Assembly: GCA_045837725.1 (NCBI GenBank)
Contig: JBEWZL010000232.1
Span: 62,001-126,000, forward strand
DNA: 64,000 nucleotides
Source: Vermamoeba vermiformis
Lineage: Eukaryota
Direction of reading: 5' to 3'
The number at the start of each line of letters is the position of its first letter. The first letter of the stretch is position 1. Made by a program: the position numbers and the translations under genes. The notes under the pieces are model-generated. The model was not told the DNA's origin, ran no database searches, and worked only from the letters and a program-made list of their open reading frames with translations. Below, piece by piece: positions 42,614 to 55,180 of this stretch.

Positions 42614-44817
42614 ATGATTAATAGCATGGAAGTCGGTGTTGACAGTAGCACCAATACTCGTTGGAGCAGTTCTCTTAGGGATGCGATTAAGCAGAACGAA
42701 AACTGGGAGGAGTTGCGAGTGCAAAACGTCGGTCAAACAACGCTGGAGGACTTGCAAAATATATTTCAAGCGTTGGAAAAGAACAGAACCTTGAGAGTGC
42801 TCTCATTGAAGGACAAAACTGCTCAGAGCAGCTTCACTGGACAAGCCGAGCACCCTTTATCAAAAACATACGCCGAAAGCCTGGCTACTAATACGGTGCT
42901 AACGCACTTATCACTAGAAAGTAAGTTTTCTAGCCGAAATTCCATTCAAATTTAATGTTGGATCAGATCTGAAGTTAGGAGGAGTGATTCAATCCCTCGC
43001 CATAGCCTTGCGTCACAACAAAACACTGCAAAGTCTAAGGATTATAGGTACTAGTAATTACTCGAATTCGTTATCGGTTCATAACGTGCTTCAATGCTAG
43101 ACAATTCGTTAACGTCAGAAGACTTAAATAATTTGCGCGAATGCCTTGTGTTTAATAGGACTCTTGCCCATCTCGAGTTGCCAGGTAGGATGCTGTACAA
43201 TACGTGCTCGTTATTAAAATTCGATGAAAGATTATCTCGAAAAGTTCGAAAGTTACGCCTCGGTCATGGCAATCATCGCAGACAACCAGGCAGATAAGGA
43301 TAATAATGCTATGCTCAAAAGACGCGGGCATGGCGAAGAGAATTCAATCAATTCCGTAGCATTGAAAAAGGAATTGGAAGAAATGGCCAAGGAATTAGCA
43401 CGCACGCAAAAAAGCAAGGCAGAATTAATGATAAACAATGAGTTTCTCGAGCAAGTGATCGCTAATAATAGCGAAGCGACAGCAAGGCTAGAACGAGAGA
43501 ATCAAGAGTTGAAGCAGGCCGTGAACGATATAACGGTAGAAGAGTCTGTTAATACTAGCCGAATTGGTCAATTGACACAGGAAATCGTTCACCTAAGACG
43601 AGAGAATAAGATGCAACGAGATCAAATCACTTTGTTGGAACAAAATAGCTTGTTAACAACCAAACAGCTGCAACGAGAAATAAAACTAATCAAGGAAGAG
43701 AACGCAAAGTTGAAGAAGATGCTTGAAGCAGGGGAAAAGAGTGAGCATTCGAGCGATAACAACGAACTGAATGTCGACATCCCATTTGATGAACTGACGA
43801 TTGGAGAGAGCATTGGTGCAGGGGGCTATGGCGAGGTGTTCAAAGCACAGTGGCACGATCAAAACGTTGCTGTCAAGGGCATCAAAATCGAAGACATTGA
43901 GACTGGAAAGATCGACAGCTTGATTCATGAGGCGCGCACTGTGATGTAAGTCCAGTTTCGTGACACCAAATGACACGAGCGAATGACATTTTGACACTTT
44001 ATTTTGACATTTTGGGTCGATAGGCGACTTCATCACAAGCACGTGGTGCTGTCGATGGGCACGACAATGAAACCGGACACCAGCAAGATCATGCTCGTGA
44101 TGGAGTACATGAAGCATGGGTCACTCGAAGACCTACTTTTCAAACACCGTGTCAAGTTACAACGCCATCAAGTGACAGTACTTGCACTCGACATTGCTAA
44201 GGGCTTGAACTACTTGCACTGTCTCACTCCAAAGATCATTCATCGCGACCTCAAATGCGCAAACATCCTCGTAAGTTATCGATTGACACGTGTCACAAAT
44301 TTGATTTCTCTAATCAATTTTGTTCACTAACGCACTACTCTGCCACAGTTGTATCACAACAGATCACGAGCGAAGATTAGTGACTTAGGCACCGCTCGAT
44401 TTTTGAACAAGAATTCTTTGGCCAAGACTTGTCAGGGAGGCACGATCGGTTACTTTGCACCAGAGATTCTCGAAGAAGAAGAATACGACGAGAAAGCTGA
44501 CGTTTATTCGTAAGTGAACAATATTACGCATTAATACAATAGTGCACGTGTCGCTCATCTAATTTTTTAGATTCGGGATCGTGTTGCTTGTTTTAGCCAC
44601 GAGCAGCAACAACTTGCCCACGACTAGAACACCAGCCAAGCTTCGCAGCAGAATCAACGAGCTACTTGATGCATCAGCGACAATGGCCGATGAGGAACAG
44701 TTCAGAGAGCTCGTGCACGATTGCTGTCAAGTAAATCCTAAAGAGCGACCATCGATGAAGCAGTGCATTGATGTGCTAAAGAGTTTGCGTAAAAAACATG
44801 CGAACAACAATAACTAA
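42614..44817 (+). CDS. LRR - coiled coil - TKL protein kinase, array copy K1
   Basis: RI/NLRC3-type repeats (ALEKNRTLRVLSL, LATNTVLTHLSL), coiled coil, IGAGGYGEVF, VAVK, HRDLKCANIL, DLG in place of DFG, APE. Confidence 0.85.
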
Positions 44818-45155
44818 ATCGGCAACAGTTGTTTAAAAGTGAGTGAGAATTTTTTTGTGGATGCGTGTATCATTTTCAATTAGCACGTAAATCCGAATTG
44901 TGACCTCATTTTTCCAACGCTAACTTACCTTCATCAGGGTTGCATGATCGAGTCCAGAGGTGTATGTCGAAACTATTAAAAGATTGAATAAGCAGTAGGA
45001 ACAATACCCAAATACTTGAAACAGACAAACGTCAAACCTGACATGAAACGTATTTCGCCGACAAAAGTGCCTTTTTCATTTGTTTTATGGCCACTGCAAT
45101 TACACAAAGGAGAAAGTTAACTTAATTACTGGTCTCATCTCAAAGCCATTCACGG

Positions 45156-47528
45156 ATGTCGGGTAAGAGCCAAGCACTATTAGGCAATTAAATTAAGCCA
45201 AGCTTTAAAAACGACCAATTAATTATCATTATTAATAAAATTGTAACGATTTTTGGCAATAGTAATTAAATTAATTTTAATTTTCAGAACAGAACGATAT
45301 AACGCACCGTTTATCCGAGGACTCGCAAGTGCTCACGGTGACTATCAGCAAAAATTACCGAAGAAAAGAACCTTGGGGCAATCAGCTGCAGGACTTGTCA
45401 AAGCTTCCTAAATTGAAAGATCTTCGGATTGAGAATGAAGGCACCACGACAGTTAGAGATTTCGAGGGTGTATTTCAAGCCGTGGAGCACAATATTTCGT
45501 TGACACAAATTTCTTTCAAGGATCAGGGGCTGGGACCCAAAAAAACCTTCATGGACAGTTACTCTCCTCTCGGATGGGGCTTCGGTGGTTTTTTTTCTAA
45601 TTCAACGGTTAAATCTCTGTCCTTAGAAAGCAAGTAATTATGTATAATTAATTCTGGTCTAACTATTGTGAAATCAGATCTAGCCCTGAATAATTGCATT
45701 CAACCAATCACTGATGCTCTCTGCCACAATGAAACCTTGCAAAGCCTAATGATAAAAGGTAATTATATGTAAAGGTTAAAATGCTAACTACTTACGCAGA
45801 CAATTCGCTCACCAAACAAGATTTGCGTATTCTGTATGAAGCGTTAATGGTCAACAAGTCGTTAGTACATCTAACCTTACCAAGTACGTTTTGGCGGTCA
45901 TATGATATTTCTTCTATTCTATTGCTACAACGGACTCTAATTTTAATATCAAATTTAGGTCATTTGTCCGCGGAACCAGATTACATAAGAGCGATGAGCT
46001 GTGTTGCAGAGAACAAAAAGTACCTGCAGAGCCAGCGCCACAGAAACCACAGCAACGGCGGGACCGGAGAGCAGCGGCCGACAGAGCTCCAAAAGAGCAA
46101 AGAAATCAAGGAATTAGTGCGAAAGAACAAGGAATCACAAAAGCAATCGATCGATTCAGTGTCTGAGCAAACTCTGAATGCGCAGAAGATCCAACAACTG
46201 ACCAACGAGTGCGAGCAGTTCAAACAAGAAAACAACGCGCTTAAAACTGAAATTTCGCAATTGAAACAAGAAATCGAAGAGCTGAAGCAAGCCAAGCTCT
46301 TGCTTTCAGACACGAACGAGCAGCTTCAGAATCGAAATCGAAGCCTCGAGCGAAGAGCAGACGGAGACGCGGGCGGAGAAGGGAGAGAGAGGCGCACAGA
46401 AGAGGGGACCGAGAGCCCCGAAAGTCAACAAAACGTGAAGTCGAGCAACAACTTTGAGGAAGAATATAAAGCGTTAAAACAAGAGATAGAAGACTTGAAG
46501 AGAGACCTAGCACATGGGACCTCAGTAGATATTCCGCATCAGGAGATAACGCTCGGCGATCCCATCGGAGCTGGTACATTCGGCGAAGTGTACAAGGCAC
46601 TGTGGCACGGCCAAAACATTGCTGTGAAACGAATTAAACTCTCAACCTTAGGACTATCGAGTTTCGAGGACCTTATGCACGAGTCACGCACTGTCATGTA
46701 AGTGACGTTAGTCTACTCATTGCTAGGACCTCGGTCTATAAGGACATCTTTGACAGGCGTCTGCACCACAAGCATATCGTACTATCAATGGGCACCACTC
46801 GAAGGCACGACACAGAGGAACTAATGCTCGTAATGGAGTACATGAAGCACGGGTCGCTTCACAGCTTGCTGTTCCCTAGTGTAGGAAAGTCAGTCAAGCT
46901 AGAACGTCACCAAATCATTCAACTGGCCCTAGATGTCGCCAAAGGCTTGAACTACTTGCATTGTCTCACTCCGAAGATCATTCATCGTGATCTCAAGTGC
47001 GAGAACATCCTCGTAAGTTATCGATTGACACGTGTCATCGTGTTGAACTAATTATTATACCACGTAGTTGTATCACAACAAAACGCGAGCGAAGATCAGT
47101 GATTTTGGCACCGCTCGATTCCTCAACAAGAACTCCGTTGCGAGAACAATTCACGGCACTTTGGGCTATGTTGCACCTGAAGTTTTGGAGGAACAGGATT
47201 ACGATGAAAAAGCCGATGTGTTCTCGTAAGTGGATGTTACTATACTAGACAGGACCGGCCATATTAATCAGTCTGTTTGTTGAGGTTTGGAATGGTATTG
47301 CTGGTTCTGGCCACGAGCTGTGCAAACTTGCCAACGATGCGAGATGCAACGAGACTGCGAAACAGAATCAATGAGATACTTGCAACGAGCCTTGACGATG
47401 ATGACGGGTTGAAGAGGCTTATTATCGATTGTTGTCAAGTTAGTCCCGCTGAACGACCATCCGTCAAACAATGTATTGAAGTGTTGAAAGCACTTCGCCA
47501 AAAAGACACGAACGACGAATACAATTAA
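45156..47528 (+). CDS. LRR - coiled coil - TKL protein kinase, array copy K2
   Basis: ATGTCGG|gtaaga mini first exon, LRR exons, coiled coil, IGAGTFGEVY, HRDLKCENIL, DFG, APE. Confidence 0.85.
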
Positions 47529-47623
47529 AATCTGATTAACATGCTCGTAACACAAAGTGAGAAATATCAACCGAAGCAGGTTGACGAGCACGCGTCAAAA
47601 CGAATGAATTTTGCACTAGGCAT

Positions 47624-47728
47624 GACAGGCGACTGTATCACAAGCGCGCGGTGTTATCAGTAGGTACGGCAATGAACAAAAGGCAATGTTGGTGATGGAG
47701 TAAATGAAACACGGGTCGCTCCAGGACT
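47624..47728 (+). pseudogene. Degenerate fragment of one array kinase exon
   Basis: gacaggcgactgtatcacaagcgcgcggtg...ttggtgatggagtaaatgaaacacgggtcgctccaggac matches RLHHKHVVLSMGT...LVMEYMKHGSL but has a stop codon and a deletion. Confidence 0.7.
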
Positions 47729-48123
47729 AGCTGTTCAATCCAGAAATTTTTGTTCGTATTTTTATTTGGTTGCGTAACAACACGTAAGTCAGCCATTCCA
47801 AATTCTTTTGTAGAGTCTCGTGGCTTTCTTTGAATAACATATTTTTCTTTAGTATTAGTATTACTGGACGCGACAAACCGATCAGATCAACAGAAGAATT
47901 GAATACTGTTTTTTTTTGCCCGAGAGGAAAAAAATACCATAATTGAAATTTGGTTCCCAAAATTAAGTAAAATGGATTGCTATATGCAAAATCAAGAGAA
48001 TCATCGGTATGTAAACAAATCTGACAGATCGATTTTTAGATCTTTTTATGAACCACCACGAATATAATTTTTTTATCAAGGTCTGCGCTGCGCTATATTC
48101 GGGTCAAAGACGTAGGAACTAGA

Positions 48124-51001
48124 ATGACATCTCTAGAACAACGCAACAAAAAAATCGTCCAAGCAGCGGAACCACTCCCTGAAGGCAATCAACTACCAGC
48201 ACGAGTCATTTATTGGTTCGTTACAAATGAAGAGGTCGAGATACATTTTTCTCACAACAAATTCCACTGGCTTTATTCCTTCCCTGTGGTCACCGAGGAA
48301 GGCACGACGTATTATCTGAACCAAATCGAGTTTCGTAAAAGCGGAATAGTAGAGTTTGGATTCTCGGACGGTCATCGAGAGCAATGCTATTCAATGGCGA
48401 AGCAAAGTTCGACCAAAAAAATGAAGGTCAACCAGGGCAACAACAGCGATGCGCAGATGAATTACGAGTCTCAATCACCACAAATATCAGTCCCTGAAAC
48501 CCCGAATAACCATAACAATGCCGATGAAACTATAGTCTACGATGGCAATGGCCTTACGAGAGCGCCTTATCCAGCATCGCGTGACTTGATCGTCAATATA
48601 CTTCTCTTGGTGCCCGATATGAACGAGCTCGTCGACACTTTAGACAAAGAGTTGACCAAGATCGATTTCAAAAAAGAAGTTAGTTCTATCAACCAACACC
48701 TCTATAGTCGAGTTAATTCGACGTACAAGCAATTTCACGTGTTAGTGTTGCCCTACGGCAAATTGAACCAATATTACAAAGTAGCGGAGTACCTGCAATA
48801 CACAACCGAAGTAATTTTGATGGTTGAAGATTCAAGCCAACAGAACGGTCTCATGGCAGTAGAATGCGTGGCAAATGTTAATTACACCCCTCATTACACT
48901 TGGCAATTTGAAGTCAAAACCCAAAGCTTTAAAAAAACAACGCTTGATTTCGCAACGTTGGATCCGTCGGTCACCCTGTTGTTCCAAATAGAGGAGCTTC
49001 AACGAGCAAGCAAAGGCGGCGCTAGCTGCAACGGTGGGCTATCACTTGAAGGACTGCTTTCGAGGTACATTTTGGAGTGGACATTGAGGCCAGTGACCAA
49101 GAGCGCTGCACAAATGATTTATATTTGCTTCAAGTACGAACCAAAGAAAGTCAAGGCGTTTGGCGAGTATGCTGCCGCCTCCTTGGCTGCACTCGGAATC
49201 GAATATGATTTTGAACCACTAGTGGCCCACGGCAGTGTGCTCGTGTACATTCGATGCCCAGCGTACATCCCGTGGTACATTATGATGCGCAAGGACAAGG
49301 TGTTTGACACCCTGGCAGATCTAGGGCTGACAGAGATCTACGAGTGTTTCATCAGCGATGTTGACGCGTCACTTCAACGACCGCAGAATGCGAAGTTAGT
49401 TGCTGAATTGATGTTCTTAAAGGAACAGATGATTAGCGACGGAATAGAGGAGCAACTGGAAAATAGGTATATATCAACCGAAGATAGCAATCGTATTTAC
49501 GTGACTTTGTGCAGGTTCAGAGCAGAAAAGAATGATATAACGTATCTTTTTTCCGAGGACTCGCAAGCGCTCACGGTGACTATCAGCAAAAATTATCCAA
49601 GTGAAGAATATTGGAGCGATCAGCTGCAGGACTTGTCCAAATACCCTAAATTGAAAGAACTTCGGATTGAAAATGAAGGCACCACGACAGTTAGAGATTT
49701 CGAGGGTGTATTTCAAGCCGTGATGCACAATAGTTCTTTGACACAAGTCTCCTTCAAGGATCAGCGGTTGGGACCCAAAAAATCCTTCATGGACAGTTAC
49801 TCTCCTCTAGGATGGGTCGGTGCAGAAAGATATTTCCCGATCTTCAACGATTTTGTGATTAATACGACTGTGAAGTACCTGTCCTTAGAAAGCAAGTAAT
49901 GATGTACAATTAATTCTGGTCTAACGATACTATTGTGAAATCAGATCTAGCCGGCGATTGCATTCGCCCAATCGCTGATGCTCTCCGCCGTAATCAAACC
50001 TTGCAAAGTCTATCGATAAAAGGTAATTATATGTAAAGGTTATAAAGTCTAACTATTCACGCAGACAATTCGCTAACCAAACAAGATCTGCGAATTCTAT
50101 ATGAAGGTTTAATGGTCAATATGTCGTTAGTACGTCTAACCTTACCAAGTACGTTTTGGTGGTCATATGCAATGGATGACATTCTCTATTGTTACAGTGG
50201 ACGCTAATTTCTGTATCAAATTTAGCTCATTTGTCCGCGGAATCAGATTACAAAAGCGCGATGAGCCATGTTGCGGAGACCAAAAAGTACCAGAAAGACA
50301 GTAACATGCTCAAGGAATTCGAGAAAAGAAGAGAAGAACACTACAAGATCTATATTGAATTGCAACGAGAGCAATTGCATGGCTCAACGATGGTGAAGCC
50401 TGAGAACGATCCATTCGGCAAGCACATCGAACAAGTGGCTAATCAGGATGGAACCAACATCCCTGCTATTGTTGATAAAGCTGTTGAATATATCGAAAAC
50501 AAAGGATTGGAAGAAGAAGGCATTTTCAGAATTTCAGCAAGCAAGAGAGACGTCGATCAGCTCAAAGGAGAGATTGCGCAGACCGGTCATGTCGACTTCA
50601 CTGGTATTTTGGATCCACATCTGGTTGTAGATATTCTCAAGGCATATCTACGCGAGCTACCCGAGCCTTTATTGACACTCAAAGCGTACAATAGGCTCTA
50701 CGTACTACATCGACTGAAGGAGCTTGATGATTTCATTAACCAGTCCCGAGAGATCTTCAAATCATTACCGAAAGTTAACTATGCAACCTGTGCACGATTA
50801 TTCCGTCTATTATCAAAGATTGTCGAGAATGCAGCACGTAATCAAATGCGCGCTGTACCATTATCTACCATACTTTCTCCTAACATCTTTTACACTTATG
50901 ATCATATTCTAATGACAGGAGATGATATGTACGAAACATTTCAGATGGAGGTGAAGCTTGTTGCTCTATGGGTCTTGAACGCTTACAAAATATTCAACTA
51001 A
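48124..51001 (+). CDS. Novel N-terminal region - LRR - RhoGAP protein (array copy K3)
   Basis: About 460 aa of unique N-terminus, then an LRR module very similar to K2, then PFGKHIE..IPAIVDKAVEYIENKGLEEEGIFRIS..DPHLVVDILKAYLRELPEPLL..NQMRAVPLSTILSPNIF (RhoGAP with arginine finger). Stop at 51001. Confidence 0.8.
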
Positions 51002-51025
51002 GTGGTGCTCAGTTTGAATATGCTC

Positions 51026-51919
51026 AGCAACTTCGAGGAAGTACATAAAGCACTAAATCAAGAAAGAAGACGTAAAGAGAGGCCTAGCATGCGGAGGGAC
51101 TAGCCACGCTGTGCTTGCGGTAGATATTCCGCGTCACGAGATAACGCTCGGAGGTCTTGTCGGAGCTGGTACATTCGGCGAAGTGTACAAGGCACTATGG
51201 CACGAGCAAAACATTGCTGTCAAGAAGATCAAGCTCGCGGACATCGTTCCTGGTCACTCCACGACCTACTTTTCAAACATAACGTCAAGTTAGAACGTCA
51301 CCGAGTGATTCAATTGGCCCTCGATGTTGCCAAGGGCTTGAACTACTTGCATTTTCTCGATCCCAAGATCATTCATCGCGATCTCAAGTGCGCAAATATC
51401 CTCGTAAGTTATCGATTGACACGTGTCACAAAGTGATTTCTCGTCATCACTAGTATTGCTCACTAATGCACAACTCTGTCGCAGTTATATCACAACAGGT
51501 CGCGAGCAAAGATCAGCGACTTTGGTACTGCTCGGTTTTTGAACAAAAGTTCCGTGGCCAAGACGTTTCAAGGCACGTGGGGATATGTGGCCCCAGCATT
51601 GTTCGAAGATGACCACAAGCACGATGAACGAGCTGAAGTTTATTCGTAAGTAGACCACATATAAATGACATACAAATGTAACATTATCAGATTTGGTATG
51701 GTGCTGCTGACAATGGCAACGAGCAGCCAAAATTTACCAACATCTCGAGTCGCCGACAAAGTTCACGCCAGAATTGACGAGATGCTGAATGGTTCTAGTA
51801 TGGCTGGTGACAAAGACTTTAGAGCGCTCGTGCACGATTGTTGTCAATTCAGTCCCGCTGCACGACCGTCGATGAGGCGGTGCATCGCGATACTGAAGAG
51901 TTTGCGGGAAAAACTTTAA
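51026..51919 (+). pseudogene. Stranded kinase remnant of K3
   Basis: Lies after the RhoGAP stop. A frameshifting deletion joins IAVKKIKLADIVP to SLHDLLFKH; APE is APA and ADVYS is AEVYS. Confidence 0.8.
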
Positions 51920-52469
51920 TTAATCGTGTTGAAGCTGTGGCAGACATAAATGGTTTATTTATCAAGTGATGAATGAGCACTGTACGTAAGTCATTGATTA
52001 CATATTGCTCTCACTTCGAACTCGTCAATTACGGCCATTGTAGCCTCGGTGTTCGACAAGATACCGTTGAGTGGCCAGTGCGGCCATGTTCTTGGTGCAA
52101 CGACTGCTGCAGCTGTTGAGCACAGTGCAGGACTCGAGTGCTGCGCTGGTGACGCGTGAGAGTGCAGTGCACATCTGTGAAGTGACAAGCAGCTACACAC
52201 AGGGCTCATCTGACCGTTCTAACGGCTGTGTGTGCATGTACGCGTCATCAACTCATGCAACAAGTCACAGAGTGCGTGGCAGATGGAGCGTTGGCAGCAC
52301 GTGATTGGTCTGTTGCGCAATCAAGATCTCAATCTCGCACAATTTGCAGCACTCAACTTCAGTACTCTGCTGCAACGTGATCACATGACAGTGATTCAAC
52401 TGATCGCAGCGTAGATGTCAAGTCCTCGCAGCTGAGTCGCAAGATCACCCGAACGAGATCAGCCAACAA

Positions 52470-52725
52470 GGATCGTGCAGCTTGTTTTAGCCACGAGCAG
52501 CAACAACTTGCCACGACTAGAACACCAACCAAGCTTCGCAGCAGAATCAACGAGCTACTTGATTCATCAGCGATAATGGCTGACGAGGAACAGTTCAGAG
52601 AGCTCGTGCACGATTGTTGTCAAGTAAATCCAAAAGAGCGACCGTCGATGAAGCAGTGCATTGATGTGCTAAAGAGTTTGCGTAAAAAATACGCAAACAG
52701 CAACAACTATACCCCAAAACCGTAA
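52470..52725 (+). pseudogene. Orphan copy of the K1 terminal kinase exon
   Basis: Nearly identical to 44576-44811 (LVLATSSNNLPTTRTP..HDCCQVNPKERPSMKQCIDVLKSLRKK) but without the upstream exons. Confidence 0.8.
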
Positions 52726-53005
52726 CACGCGTGGAGTACTCGAGAGCGGATTCAACTTCTGATCGAACAAACCTGATTCTCTGTAATCTTCAAAAATCTA
52801 ATTGTAGCGCTGAAATAAGCTTTTAAAATATTTGAATTAGCAATAAGAACCACACCTAAATTTAATCCTGAACTGACAAACGTCAAACCAAACATGAAAC
52901 GTATTCGCCAAAAGTGCCTTTTTCATTTGTTTTATGGTCACTGCAATTACAAAAGGTTGTCGTGTATAGGAAGTTGATAACGGTCTCGTCTAAATAGCAG
53001 GCCGG

Positions 53006-55155
53006 ATGGGTAAGATAAATGCATCCAACCATTACGCAATTAAATTTAATTAACTTTAATTATTAAGCCAAGTTATAAAGCCGACCAATTAAATATCATT
53101 GGTAATAATTGTGGGCAATTAACAACAATTAATTTTCATTTCAGAAAGGAATTGTATATCGTATCATTTTTCTGAGGACTCGCAAGTGCTCACGGTAACC
53201 ATCAACAAAAATTATCTAAGAAAAGTACCTTGGAGCAAACAGCTGCTGGACCTTTCAGTATACCCGAAATTAAAAGATCTTCGGATTGAAAATGAAGGCA
53301 CCACGAGCATTGAAGATTTTGAGGGTGTATTTCAAGCTGTGGAGCACAGTTCTGTGACACAGGTGTCCTTCGAGGATCAGGAGTTGGAACCCAAAATAGT
53401 CCCTTTCCAAACAAAAGATATCGACGATTTTGAGACTAATACGACTGTGACATATCTTTCCTTAGAAAGCAAGTAATTATGCAATTAAATCTGGTCTAAC
53501 TATTGTGAAATCAGATCTAGACGATCACTGCATCCGATTAATCGCTAGTTCTCTCCGCCGCAATAAAACCTTACAAAGTCTAACGATAAAAGGTAATTAA
53601 GTTTAAAGGTTATACGTGCTAACTTTTCACGCAGACAATTATAAAAAGCTCACCAAACAAACTCTGCGTCGTCTGGATGTAGCGTTAGAAAATAATTGGT
53701 CGTTAGTACACCTAAACTTACCAAGTATGTTTTTGGCGGGCATACGGAATTGCAATATTCCGACATTATGTTACAACGGACGCTAATTTTTATTATTAGG
53801 TCATTTCTGCATGGAATCGGATTACAAAAGCGCGATGAGGCATATTGCAGATACCAAAAAGAAAATTCAGATCCGACAACTGACCACCGAGTGCGAGCAG
53901 TTCAAACAAGAAATCGAAGAGCTGAAGCAAGCCAAGCACTTGCTTTCAGATGCTAACGAGCAACTTCAGAATGGAAATCGACGCCTCGAGCGAGCGGCAT
54001 TCACGGCACGCGCTAAATTGACCTCACTGTTGCAAGAATACAACAAACAAGACCAAGCGATGAGGTTGTTGCAAGAAGAGGTTCGGACACTCAGAGAACA
54101 ACACGCTGTGCTGGCAGTAGATATTCCGCACTACGAGATAACACTCGGAGAGCTCGTTGGAGCTGGTGGATATGGCGTAGTCTACAAGGCTCAGTGGCAC
54201 GGTCAGAACGTTGCTGTCAAGGGCGTCAAAGTCGAAGACATTGAGACTGGAAAGATCGACAGTTTGATTCACGAGGCACGCACTGTGATGTAAGTGCCGT
54301 AGAATGACACGAGCGAATGACGTTTTGACACTTTGTTTTGACATTTTGGGTTGATAGGCGACTCCATCACAAGCACGTGGTGCTGTCAATGGGCACGACA
54401 ATGAAGCCGGACACCAGCGAGATCATGCTCGTGATGGAGTACCTCAAGCACGGGTCGCTTCAGGACCTACTTTTCAAGCACCGCGTAAAGTTAGAACGTC
54501 CCCAAGTCATCCAACTGGCACTTGATATTGCCAAGGGCTTGAACTACTTGCATTGTCTCACTCCGAAGATCATTCATCGCGATCTCAAGTGCGCGAACAT
54601 CCTCGTAAGTTATCGGTTGACACGTGTCACAAATTTGATTTCTTGTCATTGATGACATGTATGGGCTTTCGTTTCAGAGATCTCATTGCTATTTTAAATG
54701 TTCAGTTGTATAACAGCCGCTCGCGAGCAAAAATTAGTGACTTCGGCACAGCGAGATTTCTTAATCAAAATTCGGTGGCAAAAACGTTTCAAGGTACTTT
54801 TGGATACTTCGCACCCGAGCTGGTAGAAGAAGAATATGATGAAAAAGCAGATGTCTATTCGTACGTAGAAATTGTAGTCTTTGAACAGAGATCTAACAGC
54901 AGTTTGTTTAGCTTTGGAATGGTTTTGCTTGTACTGGCGACGAGTAACAGCAACTTGCCCACGACACGAGACCCATCAAAGCTCAGGAACAAGATTGATG
55001 AGATACTGAATACGTCAAGCAGCATGAACAACGATGAACAGTTCAGAAAGCTCGTGCACGATTGTTGTCAGATCAGTTCCACTGAACGACCATCCATGAA
55101 GCAATGTATCGAAGTATTGAAGGCGCTACGCCAAAAACATGCAAATAATAATTAA
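53006..55155 (+). CDS. LRR - coiled coil - TKL protein kinase, array copy K4
   Basis: ATGG|gtaaga first exon, LRR exons like K2/K3, VGAGGYGVVY, HRDLKCANIL, DFG, APE. Splices in frame. Confidence 0.85.
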
Positions 55156-55180
55156 AGTTTTATTAATGATAACTATTACT

